Below are positions 22,967 through 32,000 of a stretch of 32,000 nucleotides of DNA, one piece after another. The DNA comes from Candidatus Absconditicoccus praedator (lineage in GTDB: Bacteria > Patescibacteriota > Gracilibacteria > Absconditabacterales > Absconditicoccaceae). A program made the translations under genes and the position numbers. The notes beneath the pieces are model-generated. The model saw nothing but the letters and a program-made list of their open reading frames with translations. It was not told the origin of the DNA and did no database searches. The stretch is taken from contig NZ_CP054059.1 in assembly GCF_021057185.1 (NCBI RefSeq), positions 810,001 to 842,000 of the forward strand, given 5' to 3'. Every line of letters starts with the position of its first letter. Within the stretch, counting starts at the first letter, position 1.

Positions 22967-23035
22967 CTCATTTTCTTATTGAATTTTTTTGAAATAAAAT
23001 TATACTGAAAACTAATTTAAAATTATAATTTTTTT

Positions 23036-25498
23036 ATGGTAGATAAAGTTGTATTGTGGGCAGAACAACTTGGAAAAAAATTGGCACAATTTTTTGACTT
23101 TTCTTCAGTAAAAAAAGATGAATATCTAGTATATAAGATAAAACCTTTTAAAGAGGCAGAAAATAGTATTACATACTGGGAGTGATTTGTTGATAATTTT
23201 GTGTGACTAAAATGAAAAATATATTTTGTGATAGAATGAAACAAAAAGTCTATTCAAAATTATGCTATAGTACCACCAGAACTGCAAGATTTGTTTGAAA
23301 GTAGTTTTTATTCTTACTTTGCAGATTCTGAAAGTTTTCAAGTAGATAAGAAAATCCATATAGATAATATTAGGTATATAAATTTTGGTTTTGAAAAATT
23401 TTATACAAGACAGGATTTTACAAAAGATTGAGTTTACTTAGACCCTTTGAAAAGTATATATTGAGTTTTTTATAATATTAAAGAAGAAGACTGAAAACTT
23501 AATTTAATTTTTGGATATGATTTAAGTGTAAAAGATTGACTTTGTTGAAAAATTAAAAAATTATTTTTAAAAGTATGATTTTTGAATCAACCAGAAGAGC
23601 AAGACGAATCAAAAAACAAAGAAAAAATATGATTTTTTATTTGATTAAATCATAACTTTAAAAACTCAGAGCATAAATCACTGAAAAATCTTACTTCTGT
23701 ACTGGATTCATTAGGAGAATGATGAAAATCAAAAATAACATCAAGGAAGAAAGTATTTAAGCTTGATATAGAACAAATTTCTAATTTTTTTCATTTGCCT
23801 TCTAGTAATTATGTTATTAAAAATTTAGACTATTTAGAATTTAGAAAACTTCCTTTTCCGCCCAATGTACCAACTCTAAATAATACAGATAAAAACAATA
23901 TCACATTACTTTGATACACCGACTATAAAAATGAGTCTTCAAAGTTTGGTATTAAAAATGAAGACAAGTTTAAACATATGTATGTGATTTGAAAAACTTG
24001 AATGTGAAAATCTACACTTCTTTCAAATATGATTAGAAGTGATTTTGTTAGTAATAAGTGAACCGCAGTGATAGATCCACACTGAGATTTAGTGGAAACT
24101 TTATTGCAGTATGTACCTTCTTGGAGAAGTAATAATGTTGTACTATTTGATGTTACTGACTATGAGTATCCTATAGGTTTTAATATACTTCAATATCAAA
24201 CAGAAGAAGAAAAAAATTTAGTTGTCAGTGGTATAGTTAGTACATTCAAAAAATTATATTGAGATAGTTGGTGACCTAGACTTGAATATATATTAAGAAA
24301 TGTTATTTTGTCTTTGGTGGAGTATCCAAATGCTACACTTTTGCACTTGATAAGGATTTTGAAAGATAAAAATTTTCAAGAAGAAGTGTTGGAGTATGTA
24401 AATGATCCAATAGTTCTAAAGTTTTGGAGAGAAGAATTTGATAAATGGCAAGATAAATTTAAGGATGAAGCTATAGCTCCAATAGTTAACAAAGTTTGAC
24501 AGTTCTTATCTTCTCCTATAATAAGAAATATTTTTGGTCAACCTCAAACATCCTTGAATTTTAGAAAAATAATGGATGAATGAAAAATACTGCTTATAAA
24601 TCTTAGTAAATGAAAAATATGAGAAGATAATGCAAACATGATTGGTTCTTTTATAGTTACGAAGTTTCAAATTGATTCAATGTCTCGTGCTGATCTTGCT
24701 TTTGAAGATAGAAATGATTTTTATTTGTATATAGATGAGTTTCAAAATTTTGCTACTGAAAGTTTTGAAAGTATTCTTTCAGAAGCAAGGAAGTATAAAC
24801 TTTCTTTGGTTGTAGCAAATCAATATATTTCTCAAATAGATGAAAAGATAAAAAATGCTATATTTGGTAATGTAGGTACTATAATTAGCTTTTGACTTGG
24901 TTATGATGATAGTAAAATAATATCAGACCAGTTTAAAAATATTATAACTCCTCAAGAAATTATTTCATTACCTAAGTTTAAGGCCTATGCAAAGCTTGCA
25001 ATTGATTGAGTTACATATGATCCTTTTAGTATGGAAACATTCCCTCTTCCTAAGCCACAACAGTGAGAAGATACAAAACAAAAAATAATAAAACAATCAA
25101 GACAAAGATATTGAAAAGAAAAAGAAAAACTTGAAGCATATATTAAACAGTGGTCTGATAAATCTTTTTCTAAAACAGAAAAGGCAGTAGAAAAAGCAAA
25201 GAAAATGTCCTCATCACAAAATAATAAAGAAAACAAACCTACAAAATCAAATAATGATGAAAATGTTTGAATAGAGCTTTGACAGTGGTTTGATGGTATA
25301 GTAAAACTAAAATATAATTATTGAGTATTTGTGATAGTTTGAGAAAATGAGTGATTGCTTCATAAAAAAAAGATATCTGTACCAGACTGAGTAAGGTGGA
25401 AAGACTTGTATCAGATTTGAGATCCTATAAAAGTAAAAGCAGAAGATTATAAAGAAGTGGATTGAGAGCAAAAGATAGTTTGGACACAACTTGATTAA
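23036..25498 (+). CDS. VirD4/TraG/TraD-like (FtsK-HerA superfamily) P-loop NTPase with a C-terminal S1 OB-fold domain; no TM segment (820 aa)
   Basis: ATG at 23036, TAA at 25496..25498, in frame with track ORFs 24308..24499 and 24638..24895. Walker A: VIGKTGMGKSTLL, in which all three Gly are TGA (23990, 23999, 24005). Next come AVIDPHGDL and Walker B FYLYIDEFQNF. The coupling-protein C-terminal pattern is ILSEARKYKLSLVVANQYISQID...IFGNVGTIISFGLG. The C-terminal 76 aa match S1: GQWFDGIVKLKYNYGVFVIVGENEGLLHKKKISVP...YQIGDPIKVKAEDYKEVDGEQKIVWT. Confidence 0.82.
23990..24016 (+). other. Walker A / P-loop coding segment (G-KT-G-M-G-KST) with all three glycines encoded by TGA
   Basis: Codons are tga aaa act tga atg tga aaa tct aca. 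Frame checked: (23990-23036) is divisible by 3. Confidence 0.85.
25268..25495 (+). other. S1-like RNA/ssDNA-binding OB-fold domain at the C-terminus of the ATPase
   Basis: Residues 745-820 of the 23036..25498 product, with the motif spacing G-x-V-x-G-x-V...YG-x-FV...EGLLH...GD-x-I-x-VK typical of S1 domains. Confidence 0.65.
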
Positions 25499-25559
25499 TC
25501 TTGTTGAAAATTTTTTGTGTTTTATTATAACATTTGTTAGTTTATAATTAATAAAGTTT

Positions 25560-27035
25560 ATGCAAGAGTTTTTAAAAAGACAAAAGAAACTAGTATTATA
25601 TATTTCTTTTTTTATGTTTTTTTTTATTGTTTTTTTGATTTCTTTTTGGTATTACAAAGAAAATTATATTCAATTGACAACTAGTTCAATATTTTCAAGC
25701 TACTATTATGATGTAAAGTGAAGCTTATTAGAAATTGATTGAAAAAAATTTTCTGATATAAATAAGAACCAATTCAACCATGATGAATTTTATGATTTTT
25801 TTCAAGAATGGTGACTTGATACAAATAAATTTGATAGATTTTTCGCAAATATCAAGCTATTAAAAAAGGAATATGAGTCTGCTGAGTCAATTCTACCAGA
25901 GCTTTTGTGGGAAGATTTTTTTAATTTATGAAATATTGTTTTTTTGGAATCTTATGAGAAATTAATTGAAAATGATAACAAAGTTAGTGATTTTTATAAA
26001 ATACATGATTCATTTGATCAAGCGATAAGATTTTATAATCAGTCAGCTCAAATCTTATGAGATCCAACTGCTAGATGAGCAGAAAAGATTATAGAAAATA
26101 GAGTAAGTGTATATAATTTTAGGTTTTTGTTGTGAATAAAGATATGTGCAGAAATATTTTCTATGGCATTGGAAAGAATAGACTCTCTAATAGATAGAGT
26201 TGATAATATACTACAGCAGTTTATTAAACAAACTGAAAAAATAGAAGATCGGAAAGATGAAATTACTGATAATACTTTGAAAGAATGTTTGAATGATTAC
26301 TATGATTCATTGATAATTTCTTATGAAAATGTGCTTGGCATAAGAAGTTTGTTGTTGGAGTATGAAGAGTGAGCATTATCAAGGTTGGAAAAATGAATAG
26401 AAAATCCATATATGTGTGTAAGCAACTCAAAAGACTATTATGAAAGGCTTTCATCTGCTTTTACTCAAATAGAGGACTCCTTAGACTCTTACTCTGAAAT
26501 GAATTGACTTTTATTAGAGATTCTTGAGGAAGAGGATAAAGATACATTAAGAAATTTTTGTGAATCTTCTGATGAGTATTCAGAATACACTCAAGATGTT
26601 AATCAAGATTTGAATGAGTGACTTTGAGAGTTGGATGATATGCTTAATCCTGAAGATCAACAGCCTGTTCCACAACCAGAAGAACAAGAATGAGATCCAT
26701 TTTTTGAGTATGATGAAGAGTGAGATATGTTTGAGCCGGATTGATTTGATGAAGATGGTTTCCCTTGAGCTTGAGAACCATATCATGAAGAAATTCCAGA
26801 AGATGAACAAGATGAGTTAAGAGATATGATAAGAGAAAATGCAGAAAGATGGATTGAAGAAATGTTATACCTTAGGTGAGAGGAATGATACAATCCTTCA
26901 GATTATTTGGACCAGTTTTTTGGAGAATTTTATGGTTGAGAAGAGTGATTTGGTTGATACGAGCTTGATATTAGGGAGGGTTGAGGTTTACAAGATTTTT
27001 ATCAGGATGATTGATTTGCTCCAGATGAGTTTTAA
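25560..27035 (+). CDS. Membrane-anchored hypothetical protein with a helical middle region and an extremely acidic, aromatic/Gly-rich C-terminal tail (491 aa)
   Basis: ATG at 25560, TAA at 27033..27035, in frame with track ORF 26163..26372. TM: LVLYISFFMFFFIVFLISFWYY. Tail: ...EEQEGDPFFEYDEEGDMFEPDGFDEDGFPGAGEPYHEEIPEDEQDE...YLDQFFGEFYGGEEGFGGYELDIREGGGLQDFYQDDGFAPDEF. No family recognised. Confidence 0.72.
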
Positions 27036-27050
27036 AAATATATTAAAAAA

Positions 27051-27887
27051 ATGGAATCTATAGATTTTTTCGATTTTCAGATACATCTTTATTGAGTTTT
27101 TTATTTTGTGAGTTTTGTGATTGGTTACTTGTTTTTTTATTGGATAGGTAAAAAATGATTTTTTAAAAAAGATAAAAAATTTCAAAGGTTTTTGGAAAAA
27201 TGACTTGATGATTTGGCTTTGGCTTCAATACTTTGAGTTTTAGTCTGAGGTAGGCTTTGATATGTGTTGTTCTATGATTTGTGATATTTTATGGAAAACC
27301 CTTTGCATATATTTTTCTTGTGGCAGTGAGGTATGGCTTTTGTATGAGGAGTTATTTGAGTTATTTTATGATTTTTTTATATCAAAAGAAAATATTCTCT
27401 TAACTTTTCTCATCTTTTGTTGTTGTGAGATTTGGTGTTGATAATTTGAACATTATGAATTTTTTTGTGAAGGATATGAAATTTTCTAAATCAAGAACTT
27501 TACTGAAAACCTGTGAAAGATTTGCCATTTGTTTTGAATATAAATCTTTTGGAAAATGTTTGACTTTATTATACTTATGATAGAGTTGATGATAAAATTA
27601 GGGTAAATACCAATATTATAGAGGCTATACTTGAGGGTTTGGTGCTTTTTATAGCTTTCTTGATAATATTTTTCAAAAAATATGTAAAAAATAATTTTAA
27701 ACCTTGATTTATAGTGGCTTTATTTTTGATTTTTTATTCTATTTTTAGGTTTTTTGCTGAATTTCTAAGAGATGAAAGTATGGTTGATTATGTTTGGATT
27801 TTTACAAGCAGTCAGTGGTTTATGTTTTTGTTTTTCTTTTCATGATTATGGATTTGGATATATTTGCTCAAAGATTTAAAAAAATAA
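27051..27887 (+). CDS. lgt: Phosphatidylglycerol--prolipoprotein diacylglyceryl transferase Lgt (278 aa)
   Basis: ATG at 27051, TAA at 27885..27887. Sequence LGVLVGGRLGYVLFYD, FLWQGGMAFVGGVIG, LGIFLGRIGNFLNQELYGKP, and EAILEGLVLFIAFLII...FIVALFLIFYSIFRFFAEFLRD. Under the standard code this gene looks heavily interrupted. Under table 25 it is intact. Confidence 0.9.
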
Positions 27888-27889
27888 AT

Positions 27890-27918
27890 TTGACAAAACA
27901 ATCCGAAAACAATAAAAT
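27890..27918 (+). promoter_or_regulatory. Sigma-70-type promoter candidate for the TSP3/PKD gene (TTGACA-N17-TAAAAT)
   Basis: ttgaca at 27890..27895, taaaat at 27913..27918, 29 nt upstream of the ATG at 27947. Confidence 0.6.
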
Positions 27919-27946
27919 ATTACCAACTTTATACTAAATAAAAAAT

Positions 27947-30900
27947 ATGAAAATAAAAAAAATATTGTTAATTTTGATGGGAGTGTTTTTGTTGTCATTT
28001 TCTATAAGTGAAGATGTTGTACCTTCCTATGAGTTTTGAGTATGAAGATCTTCTGATTTACAAGAAATTTTTGAAAAACAAGCTGTATCATATAAGGATA
28101 TGACCAAGATTATTTATTTATCAAAATGATATGATTGTAAAATTCCACCAAAAGAATGGAAAAACAAACTTAGTAAATCATGGTATGATTCTTATTCTGT
28201 AATAAACAACAAAGAATACAATTTTGATATAGAAAATAAAGAATACTATTGTTTTGGGTATCCTCTTTATAGATGATATTTAGATTCTTTTTTCTCAGAA
28301 GACCAAAATATTTCTAACAATATTCATTATAAAAATCTTGTTTCTTTTGTTTATCAAGTCTTGAAAGATAAATCAGATGTATATCAAAAAATAGAGTGAC
28401 TTGATTCTAATGATGATCTAAGAAACTGTCTGGAAAGCTGATGTAACTTGAAAAATTTTGATGCTACTTGAAATAATTATTTTGATAAATGACTGATTAT
28501 TTTGGATAATCTAGGTATTGTTGAGTCTTCTTTATCTATAGTTGAAAATATAAATTCAAATGTGTCATGAGAAAAACTTTTTGATGTAGCGGTAGGTATA
28601 AGAGAGGTTTCATGAAGTTCGCTGGATACAGATTATAGTGGTGATGGAGTGTTGAATCATAATGATAATTGTCCATATCATTACAATCCAAATCAACAAG
28701 ATACCAGTGGTGATTGAGTTTGAGATGTATGTTCTTCAGATATAGATTGAGATTGAAATTTGAATCCAATATGAATCGTAAATAATCAGTGAAATATCAA
28801 TTTTGACAAAAAATACATAGCAGGAGCTTGATATTTTTTGGAAGACTGACAGTTGTGTAAAAATTATGTATGAGATGTACAAAGAATTGAGCCAGAGCAA
28901 AATTGTTTTGATATTGATACTAAAATTTGAACAGAGAGTAGTTTTAACTGATATAATGAAGAATGAGTTGGTGTAACTTCCTCATCAATTAGTTCAGATG
29001 ATGGAATTTTATATATTTATGATGGTAGTATTGAAATTGAATATGAAGATGATGTGGTTTTTGCAATGAGTAATCAACGACCTTTGCAACCTGATAATAT
29101 GTACTTTTCAGATTTTGATGAAAATGTTATAGTTTGATATGATTGATTTGAGTTTGATGAGATTCAGGAAATCAATTGGTTTTTGGACTGAGAAAAGATT
29201 ATAGAAGATAAAAGGATGTTTAGAAAAAACTTTGATGATGTTTGAAAAAAAACTATTTGAATAGAGGTTGTTACATCAGATTGAGTTAATTTTTTTGAAT
29301 TTGATATGCTTGTGCAAAATGTATGAGAAAAATGAAATTATGAACCATTTGAAATAGACGTGGATGAGGTGTCTTGATATCATCTTTCTATTGATGCAGA
29401 TAATCAATCTATAACTCAATGAGATACGATAAATTTTCAAGTAAATACAAATTTTGAATATGATGAGATTGAATGGGATTTTGGTGATGGTAGTTATTGA
29501 TACTGAACTAGTGTTGAAAATGTTTATTCTGATGCAGGTAAATTTAATGTTGTAGCAAGATGAAAGGTTGATGGTGAATATGTTTCTAGCGCTTTAATAA
29601 ATGTTTTTGTTGAATCAGAAAAAAAATATTCTTCTTTACAGATAAGCTGTGAAAGGTCAACTTGAATTGTAGAATGTAATGCATTTTGAGAAAATGTAGA
29701 TGAAGTGGTTTGGAGATATGATAATGTTGAAGAAGAAAAAGATATCCATGATAGTTTTGTGCTGGAATGAAATGCTTATGAAGACTTTTCTTGACAAATA
29801 TTGGCATTGTGAAAATATGATTGAGATCAGGTGGCAGAATCCAATTCCTTTATAGAAGAAAATTATCGTTCATATATATATATAAATGAAGATCAGGCAA
29901 TAGTTTGAGAAAGATTTGATATAATGACTGATATGGGTGGTTTTGATCAAGATGATATAGATGTAGTAGAATGGAACCTTAATGGTGATTTTCGCGAAAC
30001 AGATAGTGTAGATATATCTTGGATATTTGATGAGTATTGAGAAAAATATATCCAACAAAACATATATTTACAAGATGGTAGTGTATTGTCAAATAGTTTG
30101 AGTTTGTTTGTCCAAGAATCTTGACTTTGAGTCTCTCCTTTTCAAATACAGTCAGATTTGGTGTTGTCTACATTTTCATCAAATGTGTTTTCTCTTGATT
30201 TTGAAAATATTGATTATGATTATATAGATAAAATTAGGTGGGATTTTTGAGACAAAAATACTATAGTAGATGAAGATATATCAGAGGAAAGTATGGAAAT
30301 AGAATATTGATATAATTTATGATGAAATTATGATTTGAAAGTTTTTGTATACACACAATCTTGAGATGTTTTAACAAGTTCAATAAATTTGTATGTGCAA
30401 TGACAAGATTTTTGTGATGGTGATGTATCTCAACTAAGTTGTGATATGAGTGGTGATGGAGTGCCTGATTTATGTAGTAATGATATTTCTGGTGATTGAT
30501 TTGAGAATGTAGATAATCTTATTGTGTCTGAGCCTGAAGAAAGAGATGATGATGGGAATTGTGTATATGAAGAAGAACATATAAATATTAATGCACTCAA
30601 ACAACAAGCTGAAATGGCAAATAATTTCCAAGAATATGATGTTTGTCCTTTTGATGACAATCCAAATCAGACTCATTGAGTAGGTGATTGAATAGGAGAT
30701 GAATGTAGGTGGTTGGCTGATATGTTGGATGATGTAGAAGAAAACTTTCATGAACCAGATTTCAACAATGAATTATATATAGATACTGTAAATGTATTGT
30801 CTTGTCCTGCTCATTATGCAGACTTTGAGTCAACATTATGGAGGTGAGATACTATAAGAGCTGTGTTGTATGATCAAGATTTGGAGAAAGTTTATTCGGT

Positions 30901-30961
30901 TTCCAATCTATTTGATTTGGATGAAGATGTAGGTGTATTGGCTCCAGATGTGTCTCCATAA
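27947..30961 (+). CDS. Large secreted protein with thrombospondin type-3-like calcium-binding repeats and PKD-like domains (1004 aa)
   Basis: ATG at 27947, TAA at 30959..30961; I verified the frame at 29381 and 30281. Signal peptide: MKIKKILLILMGVFLLSFSIS. TSP3-type repeats: DTDYSGDGVLNHNDNCPYHYNPNQQDTSGDGVGDVCSSDIDGDGNLN (28625..28770), then CDMSGDGVPDLCSNDISGDG and CPFDDNPNQTHGVGDGIGDEC near 30410..30710. PKD-like modules carry WDFGDG (29474..) and WDFGDKN (30238..). There is no LPXTG-type C-terminus and no lipobox. Confidence 0.82.
28625..28770 (+). other. Thrombospondin type-3-like Asp-rich Ca-binding repeat block
   Basis: D-x-D-x-D-G-x-x-D-x-x-D-N-C-P-x-x-x-N-x-x-Q-x-D pattern read directly. 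Several of the Gly positions are TGA. Confidence 0.7.
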
Positions 30962-31058
30962 TATACTATGAAAAAAATAAATTTTTTTTATTTGCTTATT
31001 TAAGTAGATATCCTAATCTTATTTTCATTTAATTTGTCGTAAAATATATCAAAAAAGT

Positions 31059-31086
31059 TTGACATTTATATTTTTTTTGATATAAT
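31059..31086 (+). promoter_or_regulatory. Strong sigma-70-type promoter candidate (TTGACA-N16-TATAAT with a TGn extended -10)
   Basis: ttgaca at 31059..31064, tg at 31078..31079, tataat at 31081..31086, 41 nt upstream of the ATG at 31127. Confidence 0.65.
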
Positions 31087-31126
31087 TTTGTTGGTATGAA
31101 ATACATTTATAAATAAAAACAAAAAA

Positions 31127-32000
31127 ATGAGATATGTATTTATAATAATATTCGTATTTGTTTTTTGGGGTTGATTGGTTAATGCAGAATGGGTGCATAA
31201 GTGAAATGTATGAAGTAATGGTAGATGTGGTGCTTGAGAATTGGTTCAAGTATATTGATGACCATCATCTTGAACTAGATCTCACGAGCGAGGTGATGGT
31301 ACTACTATATGATGGAATGGTACTAGATATAGGCAGATAAATTGACCATGAAATACAAGTGCATCATGTTTAGAGTGGCAACCAGATACAAGTACAAATG
31401 ATTTTGATGTTACTCTTGACTGAGTAGACTGAACAAGTTCTGAAAATTGGGTCTTAGCAAATGAGCTTACTGTAGAAATTTCTTATGATGAAGATTCTGT
31501 TTGTTGACCTGCTTGATGTAATTCAATTGATATTAGCTGGGAATTTCATAACAGTGATGGTTCTGGTTCTACAACAATAACTTCAACAAGTCATAGTTTT
31601 AGTGTTGATTTGACTGATTTATGAGGTGCAAATGAGCAGGAATTTGAATTGTCAATTGATAATATTGACACTAATGCTACTTCTAATCATAGTCAGAATG
31701 TAAGGTATGACTGGCGAGTATTTGCAAATGAGCCAGTAACTCCACATTTTTCTAATGACTTTTATGATACAAGAGTTGGTAATGATAGTGATAATTTTAG
31801 GTGACGTATAAGATTAAGAGATGAACATGGAAATTATGTAGTACCAGTTCAGAGAATAAATAGAGAAGTAAGAGTAAATTTTGGGTACGATAATCATGTG
31901 TATTTACAACAATATAAAAAAGATTGGGAAGATGACTTGAGTTGAGGAGATAGTTGAATAAGATACCAAAGAACTGCTGATTCAAGCTATAGTAAATTTG
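31127..32000 (+). CDS. Secreted hypothetical protein, N-terminal 291 codons; continues beyond the window
   Basis: From the ATG at 31127 the frame stays open (no TAA/TAG) to the window edge. Signal peptide: MRYVFIIIFVFVFWGGLVNA. A Gly-rich, TGA-dense stretch follows, then beta-rich sequence (ISWEFHNSDGSGSTTITSTSHSFSVDL). The standard-code track ORF 31158..31340 is in a different frame. Confidence 0.7.

Noticed and set aside
27051-27887. lgt looked like a frameshifted or disrupted pseudogene, because no standard ORF of 60 aa or more lies in its frame.
   Set aside because: It reads as one intact 278-aa Lgt with all the conserved blocks once TGA is read as Gly. No frameshift is needed.
31158-31340. 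Standard-code ORF MFFGVDWLMQNGCISEMYEV... (60 aa, plus strand).
   Set aside because: It is out of frame with the ORF starting at 31127, which has a clear signal peptide and stays free of TAA/TAG for 291 codons to the window edge. The 60-aa ORF ends at a TAA and has no features of its own.
1-32000. Alternative explanations for the dense in-frame TGAs: a pseudogene graveyard, the TGA=Trp code (table 4), or selenocysteine.
   Set aside because: Pseudogenes would also accumulate TAA/TAG stops and frameshifts, but the frames stay open for up to 1569 codons. TGA sits on invariant Gly positions (P-loop, TsaD GG, HLGNY, GPHLHFE), not Trp positions, and TGG already encodes Trp. There are tens of TGAs per gene and no SECIS-like context, which rules out Sec.
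1-32000. Searched by eye for tRNA/rRNA genes, CRISPR repeat arrays, reverse transcriptase/DGR template-variable repeat pairs, and prophage or defence-island signatures.
   Set aside because: I found no GC-rich structured-RNA islands or T-loop-like GTTCGAA/GTTCAAA contexts in the intergenic DNA. There are no regularly spaced direct repeats, no RT, integrase, Cas or restriction motifs, and the non-coding spacers are too short (305 nt at most) to hold such elements.

Overview
This is an AT-rich bacterial chromosomal window (roughly 70% A+T by eye). Its genes only make sense if TGA is read as glycine (NCBI translation table 25). That code is known only from Gracilibacteria/BD1-5 and Absconditabacteria/SR1 (Patescibacteria/CPR). 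The supplied six-frame track uses the standard code, so it shows only gene fragments and antisense artefacts; its longest ORF is 124 aa and lies antisense to a real gene. I re-read the sequence by hand with TAA/TAG as the only stops. That gives 18 ORFs (16 complete) covering about 94% of the window, separated by 8-300 nt spacers. In-frame TGAs fall on invariant glycines of families I recognise. Gene order: a partial IS1595-family transposase (-); an M23 peptidase with SLH-like C-terminal repeats (-); tsaD; a membrane-anchored TPR-like protein; a stand-alone cNMP-binding protein; secD, with no secF next to it; a 1166-aa polytopic membrane protein; trpS; a 1568-aa soluble orphan protein; an MscS-family channel; a DUF368/PopT-like membrane protein (-). 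After that comes a co-directional envelope cluster: sortase; a coiled-coil M23 peptidase with a lysozyme-like domain; a VirD4/TraG-like P-loop ATPase fused to a C-terminal S1 domain; a membrane-anchored protein with an acidic/aromatic tail; lgt; a 1004-aa secreted protein with thrombospondin-type-3 repeats and PKD domains; and a further secreted protein that runs off the window. I saw no rRNA, tRNA or CRISPR array. Several promoters fit TTGACA-N16/17-TAnAAT, and no start codon has a Shine-Dalgarno motif upstream. The main points of interest are the recoding itself, including a transposase written in the recoded dialect; the giant orphan ORFs (three ORFs over 1000 aa take up 35% of the window); and the sortase / peptidoglycan hydrolase / coupling-protein-S1 / adhesin cluster. 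I interpret that cluster, as inference only, as a T4SS-derived or host-interaction envelope module. All calls rest on manual translation and remembered family motifs. No database search was run.
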